This document shows positions 16,154 through 24,563 of a stretch of DNA of 25,647 nt, piece after piece. Both the position numbers and the translations under genes were made by a program. Origin of the DNA: a virus (taxonomy: Duplodnaviria; Caudoviricetes); the IMG/VR virus record IMGVR_UViG_3300023108_000130, positions 1 to 25,647 of that record, one strand, 5' to 3'. Under the pieces are notes generated by a model. The model was not told the DNA's origin, ran no database searches, and worked only from the letters and a program-made list of their open reading frames with translations. How positions within the stretch are numbered: position 1 is the first letter of the stretch; every line of letters begins with the position of its first letter.

Positions 16154-17636
16154 TAATATCAACCTTTATCACTTTAAATTTAAACTCTTCTTTTTCATAG
16201 ATCCTTACACGTTCACCGGAATGTAATAGTGTATAGTTCTCTCTAGACTTCCAATGTAGGTCGTCGGCAATGTCAAAGAGCTTGGTTTCTCTTCCATCAT
16301 CAGATTGGCGTAAGCCTCTACCAATACTTTGTAACACTTTAATCTGCGACTTACTCGGGCTGGCAAATATAATATTGTGAAGATTCCTAATATTAATACC
16401 TGTACTGAAAGTCCCAAGCGATGCAACGATTATAGCATCCTTTTGTTTTTCAACAATCTTTCTGATAGATTCTCTATCGCTTGTAGCAACTTCACCGGAA
16501 ACGAAAAATATCTTTCGTCCCTCTGCTGCCTTATTATTTATCATCTCAAATAAAGGCTTTCCATGAGCGTCCACACGATTAAATAGGACGAGAGTATTTC
16601 CTTTAGCATCCAAAGCGAGATTGCGAATGAGCCTATTACGAGCAGCATTTCCAATAATGAAGTCGATCTCTTCCTGATATGTCTTCTTTCCAAAATTGCT
16701 CCTTACCTCTTCGCTGTACTGCAGTAAGAGAACCTTAATATCCAGTGGGGCTAATGTCTCTTCATCCTGCAGCTTTTTAGTAGTGGTTACTTTATAGACT
16801 GGACCAAACAATCCTTCTAAGACTAGCTTATGTGTTTGTGTACCGTCTAACGTACCTGTTGTACCAAATCTATATTTGGCTTCGGTGGCTTTATTCATAA
16901 TAGCCGATAATGACTTTGACTTAAAGCCGTGGCACTCATCGCCAATTACCATACCGAACTGTTCGAACCATTTCTTAGGGTATTTATAAATGCTCTGCCA
17001 CGTCGATATGATTACCCGCTTATTGGTGTTCTTATCCTTACCGGAATAGATTCTATGACACGCGTTTTCTACTAGCATCCCATATGATTCGAAGTCTGAA
17101 TACATTTGTTCGACCAGGGAGGTGGTTGGTACGATAATTAATATCTTACCTTTTTCCTCCAACATGCTCATATAATACTTCATTATTAGATATATAATAT
17201 ACGATTTACCCGAACCCGTAGGAGACAACAAAATTGCGCGCGAAGATTTTAATGCTACCTTTACTGCTTCTTCTTGGTAGTTGCGGGGTGGAAAGGGTAA
17301 TTGAGTCTGAACCTCGTTGTCAATCCATAAGTCCCACTCGGGAATTTTGTACGTTTCGCCGGGTGTACTATACAAAGGATTCTCAATTTTGGCGTAACTG
17401 TAGTTACGTTCAGCACAGAATTTATGAATTTGGATATATAGACCAGCAGAAATCTCCTGAGTACTGTGATTGAATAATCTAATCTTACCATCCCAAACTC
17501 TATTCTTGTATGCTGGCATAAACTTATACCCTGGTACATAGAAGCTAAAGTACTCCGAAAGTTCCTTAGCAATACCAGGTTCACAGTCTACATGCAGCAT
17601 GCTGTAGTTCAAGAGTCTAAGATTTAAATCAGCCAT
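16146..17636 (-). CDS. uvsW: SF2 DNA/RNA-DNA helicase UvsW
   Basis: PRNYQ, SPTGSGKS, DECH, TGT and QSIGRGLR motifs. Confidence 0.97.
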   Translation of the reverse strand: MADLNLRLLNYSMLHVDCEPGIAKELSEYFSFYVPGYKFMPAYKNRVWDGKIRLFNHSTQEISAGLYIQIHKFCAERNYSYAKIENPLYSTPGETYKIPEWDLWIDNEVQTQLPFPPRNYQEEAVKVALKSSRAILLSPTGSGKSYIIYLIMKYYMSMLEEKGKILIIVPTTSLVEQMYSDFESYGMLVENACHRIYSGKDKNTNKRVIISTWQSIYKYPKKWFEQFGMVIGDECHGFKSKSLSAIMNKATEAKYRFGTTGTLDGTQTHKLVLEGLFGPVYKVTTTKKLQDEETLAPLDIKVLLLQYSEEVRSNFGKKTYQEEIDFIIGNAARNRLIRNLALDAKGNTLVLFNRVDAHGKPLFEMINNKAAEGRKIFFVSGEVATSDRESIRKIVEKQKDAIIVASLGTFSTGINIRNLHNIIFASPSKSQIKVLQSIGRGLRQSDDGRETKLFDIADDLHWKSRENYTLLHSGERVRIYEKEEFKFKVIKVDIND

Positions 17637-18079
17637 TAACCACCTGCTTCAAATTGTTTCCATCTAATAATATTACCAATAGTCTGATGCCGCCACTTCA
17701 GCGCATCCACTATCTCTGTTAGTGTTTCTACTACCGTTTTGTAATATTGGATTTTTTCTTCTGACCGTTGTATGTCGGGATCGGAGTCGTAATAATATTC
17801 CATTTCACCTTTTAGTATTTTTAGACCATTGAATGGATCATAATCCCAGCCTTTAGCTTCTATAGTTTCCCGATCCATCTTTCCATTATAATATAACCAT
17901 TTGTCCTTCAGCAGCACTTTTTGAGCGGCCTCCGAGCGTTTTAACTGCAGTTTTGCTAAAGATAGGTGTTGCAAGTACTTGGCGTGCAGCTTCGGTGTAT
18001 CTCTAGAAACCTCTGCCAATTTATTGTTATCGATTGTGCAGTCTTCCTGCCATTGCTCTACAATGCTTTGTAGATCCAT
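17636..18079 (-). CDS. uvsY: Recombination mediator UvsY
   Basis: PKLHAKYL, KWLYYNGK and I.N.I.W..FEAG motifs; synteny with uvsW. Confidence 0.92.
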   Translation of the reverse strand: MDLQSIVEQWQEDCTIDNNKLAEVSRDTPKLHAKYLQHLSLAKLQLKRSEAAQKVLLKDKWLYYNGKMDRETIEAKGWDYDPFNGLKILKGEMEYYYDSDPDIQRSEEKIQYYKTVVETLTEIVDALKWRHQTIGNIIRWKQFEAGG

Positions 18080-18108
18080 AATATAAACTCCATATTGTAT
18101 AGTACTAT

Positions 18109-18657
18109 TTAGCTCAGTTCAAAAGTGGAGAATCTAAACGTTGCAGGGAACGTGATAAAGGTGTTATCACTCAACGTAGATTCCAAGGTCATATCCCCCA
18201 AGTTGGTTGGTAGACAATCTATATATTTAATTTTTCTTACCGTGTTGTTATGGCTTGATAGGATTGACAATGTGATATCCGAATACGACGGAGGTAGGTT
18301 TGCATTCCTCTGTGTTGGTGGACGCTCGTTAATCTCTACCAGTCTATTCATCCAGTTGTACATCTCGGTATATGAATTTAAGTTCTCATCCACAATAATC
18401 ATACAGGTTAGCTCTGAATAGATTAGTTTATCACCTGTAAACGGTACCGATCCGATTCTTTTGTATGGTACCTCAATTGGGTTAAGACTAAGATTAGGGT
18501 GCAGCACAGTCTGTGCAAAGAACTCTAGGTTAGGAAAGTTCTTACGGTCAATTGTAAGCCTAAACGACGTAGGCTGCAGATAGTTGATATTGTTTAACCC
18601 TGACACACTAGAGACGTTACTCACATCTACGGATATAGAGGGATTCAAAGTGGGCAT
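18109..18657 (-). CDS. gp3: Tail completion and sheath stabilizer
   Basis: NYLQPTSF, GDKLIY..L...IVDENL..Y.EMYNW and SDITL.IL.S.N motifs. Confidence 0.92.
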   Translation of the reverse strand: MPTLNPSISVDVSNVSSVSGLNNINYLQPTSFRLTIDRKNFPNLEFFAQTVLHPNLSLNPIEVPYKRIGSVPFTGDKLIYSELTCMIIVDENLNSYTEMYNWMNRLVEINERPPTQRNANLPPSYSDITLSILSSHNNTVRKIKYIDCLPTNLGDMTLESTLSDNTFITFPATFRFSTFELS

Positions 18658-18679
18658 ATCGAGCTTCCTTGTTTAATCT

Positions 18680-18696
18680 ATTCTATCATATTTATA
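18680..18696 (-). promoter_or_regulatory. gp55 late promoter (TATAAATA) overlapping an extended -10 (TGA-TAGAAT) for gp3-uvsY-uvsW
   Basis: TATAAATA at 18689-18696 and TAGAAT at 18680-18685, both on the minus strand. Confidence 0.7.
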
Positions 18697-18730
18697 TGAG
18701 AAAAAAAATCGAAAAAAATGAAAAAAAATG

Positions 18731-18770
18731 CATTTAGGGGGTTTACAAATGATTCGAAATACATTATATT
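18731..18770 (+). promoter_or_regulatory. T4-type early promoter with A-tract UP element
   Basis: GGGGGTTTACA-17 nt-TATATT preceded by phased A-tracts. Leader AACAAAGGAGATACC is shared with the 7686 gene. Confidence 0.8.
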
Positions 18771-18795
18771 AATAGTATAACAAAGGAGATACCAA

Positions 18796-19002
18796 ATGCT
18801 ACTACCTAATGGATCAGCTATCAAACTAGACGTTATCGAAGCTTTCAACAAAGCGACTACTAATCCAGAAAACATCAACAATTCTGGTGGTCTAAATTGG
18901 AACTTCGTAGATGCTGATATCTGTATGGATCTTAACGGCATCTACTCTTTCGAATACCTAAACGAGTGCTTGGAAGTTTTGGTAGATAACTATTTTTCGT
19001 AA
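18796..19002 (+). CDS. Hypothetical early protein (NWNFVDAD motif)
   Basis: 68 aa, AAGGAG SD, directly after the early promoter. Confidence 0.82.
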   Translation: MLLPNGSAIKLDVIEAFNKATTNPENINNSGGLNWNFVDADICMDLNGIYSFEYLNECLEVLVDNYFS

Positions 19003-19012
19003 GGAGGAATAA

Positions 19013-19189
19013 ATGGAAGGACTCGTAATTTTCGTAGGATTTATAATTGGTGGTGCTTGTGCTACAATCGTTTCACAAATGCTAACTGACGTTAAATCTG
19101 TATCACAAGAACTTGGTATAGTAGCTTGGGGGTTTGCTGGCGGAATTGTTGGTGTTGTTCTAGCAGACTTACTACTACAAACTCTATAA
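19013..19189 (+). CDS. 58-aa two-TM Gly-rich membrane protein
   Basis: Manual translation MEGLVIFVGFIIGGACATIVSQMLTDVKSVSQELGIVAWGFAGGIVGVVLADLLLQTL. Strong AAGGAGG SD. Confidence 0.8.
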   Translation: MEGLVIFVGFIIGGACATIVSQMLTDVKSVSQELGIVAWGFAGGIVGVVLADLLLQTL

Positions 19190-19345
19190 CTTTTTTCCTC
19201 AGCGTCCTTGCTGAGAGAACCGGACTTAAACGCATAACACTAGTTAGTATAGAGTGGACCAGTTTCAGTCAAATTAGAGCGGCAACGTCAATAAGGCCGT
19301 GCGAGGAGACTGGAGATACTGGGGGCGTTGAGGAAAGGAGTTATA
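19185..19345 (+). ncRNA. Structured intergenic RNA / putative cis-regulatory switch
   Basis: 23-bp G-U-rich closing stem 19185-19207/19323-19345 covers the downstream SD, with inner stems and a competing local hairpin. Confidence 0.6.
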
Positions 19346-19347
19346 TT

Positions 19348-19557
19348 ATGGTTAGAACTGTACACTATGTAGGAATGGATCAAGCTACCTACCAACGGGC
19401 TCGTAGAGTTTGGGGTGGTCCTGCTTACTACCACAAATGGATGGACGACCGGGTCTGGACCGAGGTTGGTGATAGCGACGTTGTAGTCGTTGGTGATCCT
19501 AAGTATAGTCCATATGTTTGGGATGCTTCTGCTGTTCCAGCAGAATACACTGACTAA
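19348..19557 (+). CDS. 69-aa hypothetical protein
   Basis: AAGGAG SD before ATG 19348 (MVRTVHYVGMD...). The upstream extension in the ORF track is the structured RNA. Confidence 0.78.
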   Translation: MVRTVHYVGMDQATYQRARRVWGGPAYYHKWMDDRVWTEVGDSDVVVVGDPKYSPYVWDASAVPAEYTD

Positions 19558-19580
19558 AAAAAGGAGCGCCGAAGCGCTCC
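19556..19580 (-). terminator. Rho-independent terminator for gp23
   Basis: GGAGCGC-UUCG-GCGCUCC followed by U7 on the minus strand. Confidence 0.9.
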
Positions 19581-19598
19581 AGTCTGGGAGATAGAATT

Positions 19599-19624
19599 GG
19601 AGGGGTTGATTCCCCTCCTTTTTT
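19599..19624 (+). terminator. Rho-independent terminator for plus-strand cassette
   Basis: GGAGGGG-6 nt-CCCCTCC followed by T6. Confidence 0.88.
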
Positions 19625-19630
19625 AATATC

Positions 19631-20965
19631 TTATGTAAGGATGTTATCCACACGGAAGATACGGTAGTACTGGTTCTCGCGGTTAGTTGCAAGACCGTCA
19701 CGACCTGACATATTGCCTGTGTCAACGAATGGGTTTGATACCATGCCATAGCGAGTTTTGAACCCGATACGTGGCTGGAAGTCATTCTCGCCAACTGCAC
19801 GTACCATTGTTAGTGGTACATATGGGCAATAGAATACACCGGCGTCATATGGGTTAGTACCCTTATAGCCTACGTTGATGTAATCTGTTGTTGCATATGG
19901 GTCGATGTATACGCGGATACGACCGTTCATAACACCTGCGAATGTGTTACCTGTGTCATCTACGTTTAGGTTAGTTGAAAGAGCAGGAGCGTAATCCAAC
20001 ATGCCTGAAGCTGCTAGTGCACTTGCAACATCTGATGAACAGATGATGAAGTTACCTTTACCGCGGCGTGTTTCTTTTGCGATTACGTTCGCTTCACGAT
20101 CAAGCTGTACACCTAGACCTTTGAACTTCTCTGCTGACCAACGGCCGTCTGCGTCTGATGATAGATCGAAGATACCTTTTGTTGTTACGTTAGCTTGAAG
20201 TGCACCGATTTTAGCTTGTGCGTTAACTGTGCGAACAACTTCACGGTTGATCTCTGCCAAGATTTCTGTTGACAAGATGTTTGCCAATTCTGTCTCAGCG
20301 TCTAGACCGTGGATTGCTTTCAAGTCTTGCGCAAGCTCAAGTGTGTACTCTGCTTTCAATGCGCGTGACTTCGCTGTCACAGTTGCTTTTTCGATTGTGA
20401 AGCCCATTTCTGCAAATGACTCACCAGTGTTACCTAGTGCTTCCGCTTCTGCAGTATCATATGCGTCACCTGTTACAGGAACGTATGTGCCACCTGAGTC
20501 AGCGATTGAGCTGTCTGTATCGGTGTCTGTTGCACCTGCAAGACCTGATGGTCCGCGTGAGCCGTTACCTGTTGCAGATGAATCACCTGAATAGTTGACT
20601 TCTGCTTCGTTGAACAGTGCTTCTGTACCTTGTGCGATACCAGCTTTTTCTGTTTTGTATAGTGACTTCATTGCGAAGATCAAGCCTGTTGGGCCTGACA
20701 TCGGCTGAACGCCACAAATGTCGTATGCCATTAGGTTTGGCATAGAACGACGTACTAGTGAGATAAGAACTGGGTTCCAGTTAGCAGCAGCTGATGTGCT
20801 GTTTGCTGGTGTTTCCATCAGATCTTGTTGCTCTGCTAGTGCCTTTTCTGTGTTCTCCAGAACGGCTGCAGTAACTGCACGCTTGTGAGCGTCTTTGATT
20901 GTACCTGCAGATTCTTCGTTCAATACTGGAGACCATTTCTCTACGAGACGATCATAAGTTTCCAT
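19631..20965 (-). CDS. gp23: Major capsid protein
   Basis: PVLISLVRR, GVQPMSGPTGLIFAM, KSRALKAEYTLELAQDLKAIHGLDAE and YCPYVPL motifs. Confidence 0.99.
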   Translation of the reverse strand: METYDRLVEKWSPVLNEESAGTIKDAHKRAVTAAVLENTEKALAEQQDLMETPANSTSAAANWNPVLISLVRRSMPNLMAYDICGVQPMSGPTGLIFAMKSLYKTEKAGIAQGTEALFNEAEVNYSGDSSATGNGSRGPSGLAGATDTDTDSSIADSGGTYVPVTGDAYDTAEAEALGNTGESFAEMGFTIEKATVTAKSRALKAEYTLELAQDLKAIHGLDAETELANILSTEILAEINREVVRTVNAQAKIGALQANVTTKGIFDLSSDADGRWSAEKFKGLGVQLDREANVIAKETRRGKGNFIICSSDVASALAASGMLDYAPALSTNLNVDDTGNTFAGVMNGRIRVYIDPYATTDYINVGYKGTNPYDAGVFYCPYVPLTMVRAVGENDFQPRIGFKTRYGMVSNPFVDTGNMSGRDGLATNRENQYYRIFRVDNILT

Positions 20966-20980
20966 AATTGGATCTCCTAA

Positions 20981-21919
20981 TTACTTAATTGTTTTTCTTA
21001 GTGCATTAACGTATTTTGCCATTGATTCTGATACTTCGACAGTTTCATCACCATCTTCTTCTGTTTCTTCTTCAATGACGGAACTTGCGGTTTTCTGACC
21101 GAAATATGATTCTTTCAGTGTAGCAACTTTCTGTGCGAAATCTTCTTCGCTTTCAAAAGAAACTGACTCTGCAAGGCTCGATAGTTTTTCGACCTGAGTT
21201 TCTGCTAGATCTTTTGACGCTTCACGAATAATCGCTTGACGCTTATAAGATTGTAGCTCTTCCTGTAGTTCCATAGTTTGTGATACTGCATCATTGAACT
21301 TTTCTTCAAGTTCGTCGTGTGCAGTAGCAAGTTCATCAACGAGGTCAACTTTACCTTCAGGAACTTCAATGTAAGACTCTTCGAAAGCTGTTTTTAGCTT
21401 TTCCATGAATCCTTCTGCGATCTCTGCACGTAGTCCAGATTGAATCGCTACTTTGTTTTCTTCCATCCAGTTCTCAACCACGTAGTTGAGGTAGCTATCA
21501 ACTTTTTCGACTAGATCGGCTTTGACTGTTGAAACTTCTTCATCAAGCGATTGCTTGTATTCTGCTTCTAGTCTGTCGATCTCTTCGGCAAGTTTTGTTT
21601 TAACCGCTGCTTCAAAGATTACGGCTGTTTTGGCTTTAAAGTCATCTGACAATGTCGCCTCAGATTCCACCAGAGCATTTAGGTCTTCACTAAAATCTCC
21701 ATCAAAATCTACATCTTCTGCCTTCATACCTGCTGGTGCAGCCACTTTTTGCATTGGTTCGCTGTTGCTCTTATCACCTTTACGGGCTTTGGCTTTTGGG
21801 CCTTTACCTTCTGCAGCATCTACAGATGCTACTGATTGAGCTTCAGCATTTTTTGGATCATGAGCTTCTTCGATTTCCTCGTCGAGCTCAACTTCTTGAT
21901 CTTTTACTTGATCAGTCAT
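20981..21919 (-). CDS. gp22: Prohead core scaffold protein
   Basis: Acidic coiled coil with IFEAAV, VDSYLNYVVENW and LKESYF motifs; lies between gp21 and gp23. Confidence 0.95.
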   Translation of the reverse strand: MTDQVKDQEVELDEEIEEAHDPKNAEAQSVASVDAAEGKGPKAKARKGDKSNSEPMQKVAAPAGMKAEDVDFDGDFSEDLNALVESEATLSDDFKAKTAVIFEAAVKTKLAEEIDRLEAEYKQSLDEEVSTVKADLVEKVDSYLNYVVENWMEENKVAIQSGLRAEIAEGFMEKLKTAFEESYIEVPEGKVDLVDELATAHDELEEKFNDAVSQTMELQEELQSYKRQAIIREASKDLAETQVEKLSSLAESVSFESEEDFAQKVATLKESYFGQKTASSVIEEETEEDGDETVEVSESMAKYVNALRKTIK

Positions 21920-21929
21920 GTTAGACTCC

Positions 21930-22592
21930 TTAATATTGCTGTGTTTTCAGTAACGAGAGGAAATTCTTATACTCACGAACCTGCGTTTCATATAGATCCG
22001 CACGCGGAGCACGTTTAATTTCAGTCTCTATTTTTTCAATATCCCGAGCTTCAATGATGCCATTATTCCAGACCCAGTCAACACCTTCCATTATTCCATT
22101 AACAAAAGCATTCGGTGCAGAAGGATCTTGTACGATATCAACCGTATTAAGCATAAAGTCATCTTTGACGTACATAGTTCCGTTACGTTGCTCGAGGCTA
22201 CCCATTCCACGAGTTGAGACACCTAGTTGAACACCGCCTTCAAGCAAACCTTTTACGATATTGCCCATTGGAGTATCCAAGATACGCGCCTTTCCCATAA
22301 CATTATTACCATCCATTTTTAGTTCAGTAATCTTATGGGATACTTTATCCAAGTTAACAGTTGGGCCATCAGGGTGGTTTAATTCCCCTACCGCTCTGTC
22401 CTTGGAAACCTGTTCTGTGACATATTTATCTATAGCCTTTTCCATAATGGCTTTAGGATAGATACGTCCGTTTCGATTCTTAGATTCTGCCATAGCGAAG
22501 ATACCCTCGATGACGTGAGTCTTCGATCCATCCTCTTTTGCTTCGACGACACATTGGACGTCGGTTTCTGTATATTCAGTAATTAGCTTCAT
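21930..22592 (-). CDS. gp21: Prohead core protease
   Basis: MKLITE, NRNGRIYP, GELNHP, GVSTRGMGS and DIVQDPSAP motifs. Confidence 0.97.
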   Translation of the reverse strand: MKLITEYTETDVQCVVEAKEDGSKTHVIEGIFAMAESKNRNGRIYPKAIMEKAIDKYVTEQVSKDRAVGELNHPDGPTVNLDKVSHKITELKMDGNNVMGKARILDTPMGNIVKGLLEGGVQLGVSTRGMGSLEQRNGTMYVKDDFMLNTVDIVQDPSAPNAFVNGIMEGVDWVWNNGIIEARDIEKIETEIKRAPRADLYETQVREYKNFLSLLKTQQY

Positions 22593-22621
22593 CTAACAAT
22601 CCTATTAATTATTATTGGTAT

Positions 22622-22629
22622 TATTTATA
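22622..22629 (-). promoter_or_regulatory. gp55 late promoter for gp21-22-23
   Basis: Intergenic TATAAATA on the minus strand. Confidence 0.8.
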
Positions 22630-22658
22630 ATAAAATAAATTCTAATATTTTGATATGA

Positions 22659-22952
22659 TCAATCTTCTTCTTCGATCGGTAAATCAGTTTCTACCTCTTC
22701 AGATTCTTCCTCCGCCTCTACTTCAGCTGCGGCAGCTTCAAGCTCTTCGTCGGAGATATCATCAAACTCATCATTCTCAATAGCTTCGTCCTCGGCTTCT
22801 GCACCATTAAAGATCTGATCGGCTAAACTGATCTTTTCTTGTTCTAGTGCATCCGAAACTTTAGTATCCATCAAATCACTAAAAGTGACACTGGCTTTAC
22901 TAAAGTCCTGATTCTGAACTTGGTCGATAAAATCATCAATATTAATTTCCAT
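22659..22952 (-). CDS. gp67: Acidic prohead core protein (gp67-like)
   Basis: Highly acidic small protein immediately after the portal gene. Confidence 0.7.
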   Translation of the reverse strand: MEINIDDFIDQVQNQDFSKASVTFSDLMDTKVSDALEQEKISLADQIFNGAEAEDEAIENDEFDDISDEELEAAAAEVEAEEESEEVETDLPIEEED

Positions 22953-22954
22953 TA

Positions 22955-24499
22955 CTAACTCCTACTTTTTAAATGGATAATAGACTCTTGCTGTTGCTGA
23001 TCATCCTGATTGGGGATCTCGCCAGCTTTTTCTTCGTCGTCTATTTGCTTTTTCATATCTTCAATCGCATCATCATCTAGGTATAGAACATTTTTCATAA
23101 CCCACTCTTTAGAGAAATACTCACCAACGTACTGTTGCATATTATCTAGGGTCTGTAGTTTATTCTGTAATATCTCTGCATCTTTTAGTTCAGTGAAATG
23201 GTTATCACGAACATAATCAATGTGTATATCCTGTTTCCAGTTATCCCAATCTTCCTCGGTAATAATAGCCTTCATAATCAATTGCTTTTTCAGAATCTCT
23301 GTAAACAACATTGAGAACCGACGTCTTAGTCTATCGACAAATTTTTGGAACTTTAGTTCGTCACGTGTAATCTCTGTGGCTCTTCCTAGATTAAACTGTG
23401 CCTCTGGTTCCAGTCTATTGATTGGAACGTTCAACGATCTATATAGCTTTTTCTGAAAGTAAAGAATATCGTCGATCTGACCTAGATTTTCGCCGCCAGG
23501 AAGTGTGGTAATCTCTGTACCACGACCACCTTCACGACGTGGTAACCAGAAGTCTTCAAGCATTGACATATGCTTACGATCGTCTCTGATATTACCAGTG
23601 TTGGCATCGTATACTAGTTTATTACGGTAACGAGCCATAATATCTTTCATATATGTCTCTGCTTTACCACGTGGTAGGTTACCAACATCAATATAGAAAA
23701 TTCTACGCTCTGGTGCTCTAGCCAGTCTGTAAATGACTAGCGAGTCTTCCATCATACGCAATTGGTTAATAGGCTTTAGTGCTTTATGTAGGTATGAAAC
23801 TACTTTCTTTCTAGTTTCATCTAAAAGTCCAGAGGTTACGTATGACACTGAGTCGTTACTTAGTCTAATACCTTGGGCTTGCTGTCCTGGCTTTTCTTGG
23901 TAAATATAAAATTCGTTTACATTCTCGACAAGTGTCGCACCAGTAACAGGATCTTTTTTCTTTTTAACTTCTTTGACCTTACGGATCTTAGAGGCATCGA
24001 TTGGTCTAATCTCTTGAATACCTGCCTTTAGATTCTTTTCATCTACTACTAAGTGGTGATAGATTCTACCATCTACGTACCAACGTCTAAAGATATCGTG
24101 ACCCAGGTCAGTAAACTTTAGCATAGAACAAATGCTATCAAACTCTTCGTTTATTACCTTTTTAAGCTGGTCACTTAGTCCTTCGACATCATCTAAGATT
24201 AGTGAAACCGGTGAACCTTCGTTATTAGTAATAGATTCATTAACAATATCCTCGATTGCTGCATCAACCTCTGGATGAATTGCTACTGCACGATATTGCC
24301 TAATATTTTGGTGATTATCTTTTGAATGATCACCTTCTCCTAGGTTAACATATGTTCCATAATGTGAGCCTGAAGCCGTAACGTATCCTGCACCGTCATC
24401 ATCTGTCGGTGGAACAATTGATTGCAACTTCTCAGCCGATGTATCTTTAGCTCTTTTAATCTCAAAGCCGAATAATCTTAATCCAGTACTCTCAGCCAT
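22955..24499 (-). CDS. gp20: Portal vertex protein
   Basis: WYVDGRIY, NQLRMMEDSLVIYRLARAPERRIFYIDVGNLP and EDFWLPRREGGRGTEITTLPGG motifs. Confidence 0.99.
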   Translation of the reverse strand: MAESTGLRLFGFEIKRAKDTSAEKLQSIVPPTDDDGAGYVTASGSHYGTYVNLGEGDHSKDNHQNIRQYRAVAIHPEVDAAIEDIVNESITNNEGSPVSLILDDVEGLSDQLKKVINEEFDSICSMLKFTDLGHDIFRRWYVDGRIYHHLVVDEKNLKAGIQEIRPIDASKIRKVKEVKKKKDPVTGATLVENVNEFYIYQEKPGQQAQGIRLSNDSVSYVTSGLLDETRKKVVSYLHKALKPINQLRMMEDSLVIYRLARAPERRIFYIDVGNLPRGKAETYMKDIMARYRNKLVYDANTGNIRDDRKHMSMLEDFWLPRREGGRGTEITTLPGGENLGQIDDILYFQKKLYRSLNVPINRLEPEAQFNLGRATEITRDELKFQKFVDRLRRRFSMLFTEILKKQLIMKAIITEEDWDNWKQDIHIDYVRDNHFTELKDAEILQNKLQTLDNMQQYVGEYFSKEWVMKNVLYLDDDAIEDMKKQIDDEEKAGEIPNQDDQQQQESIIHLKSRS

Positions 24500-24523
24500 A
24501 TTTTATCCTAATATTAAAGTGGC

Positions 24524-24560
24524 GAGAGGCCGTTTCCAGCCTCTCTTTACTATATTTATA
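24524..24560 (-). promoter_or_regulatory. Late promoter for gp20 followed by 5' UTR GAAA-tetraloop hairpin
   Basis: TATAAATA at 24553-24560; GAGAGGCUG-GAAA-CGGCCUCUC at 24524-24545. Confidence 0.75.
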
Positions 24561-24563
24561 TAC

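Noticed and set aside
18678-18941. 87-aa minus-strand ORF
   Set aside because: It is antisense to the 18796 gene and runs through promoter A-tracts, producing poly-Phe.
19209-19230. GCTGAGAG resembling a TPP riboswitch or hammerhead core
   Set aside because: The remaining TPP consensus and the hammerhead CUGANGA/GAAA cores are absent. A retron-like reading of the flanking inverted repeats is also unsupported because there is no reverse transcriptase in the window.
19126-19347. N-terminal extension of the 143-aa plus-strand ORF
   Set aside because: It starts at TTG inside the membrane-protein gene and crosses the structured RNA. The real start with an SD is ATG 19348.
19288-19800. 170-aa minus-strand ORF
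   Set aside because: It overlaps gp23 out of frame, crosses two terminators and is antisense to a well-supported gene.
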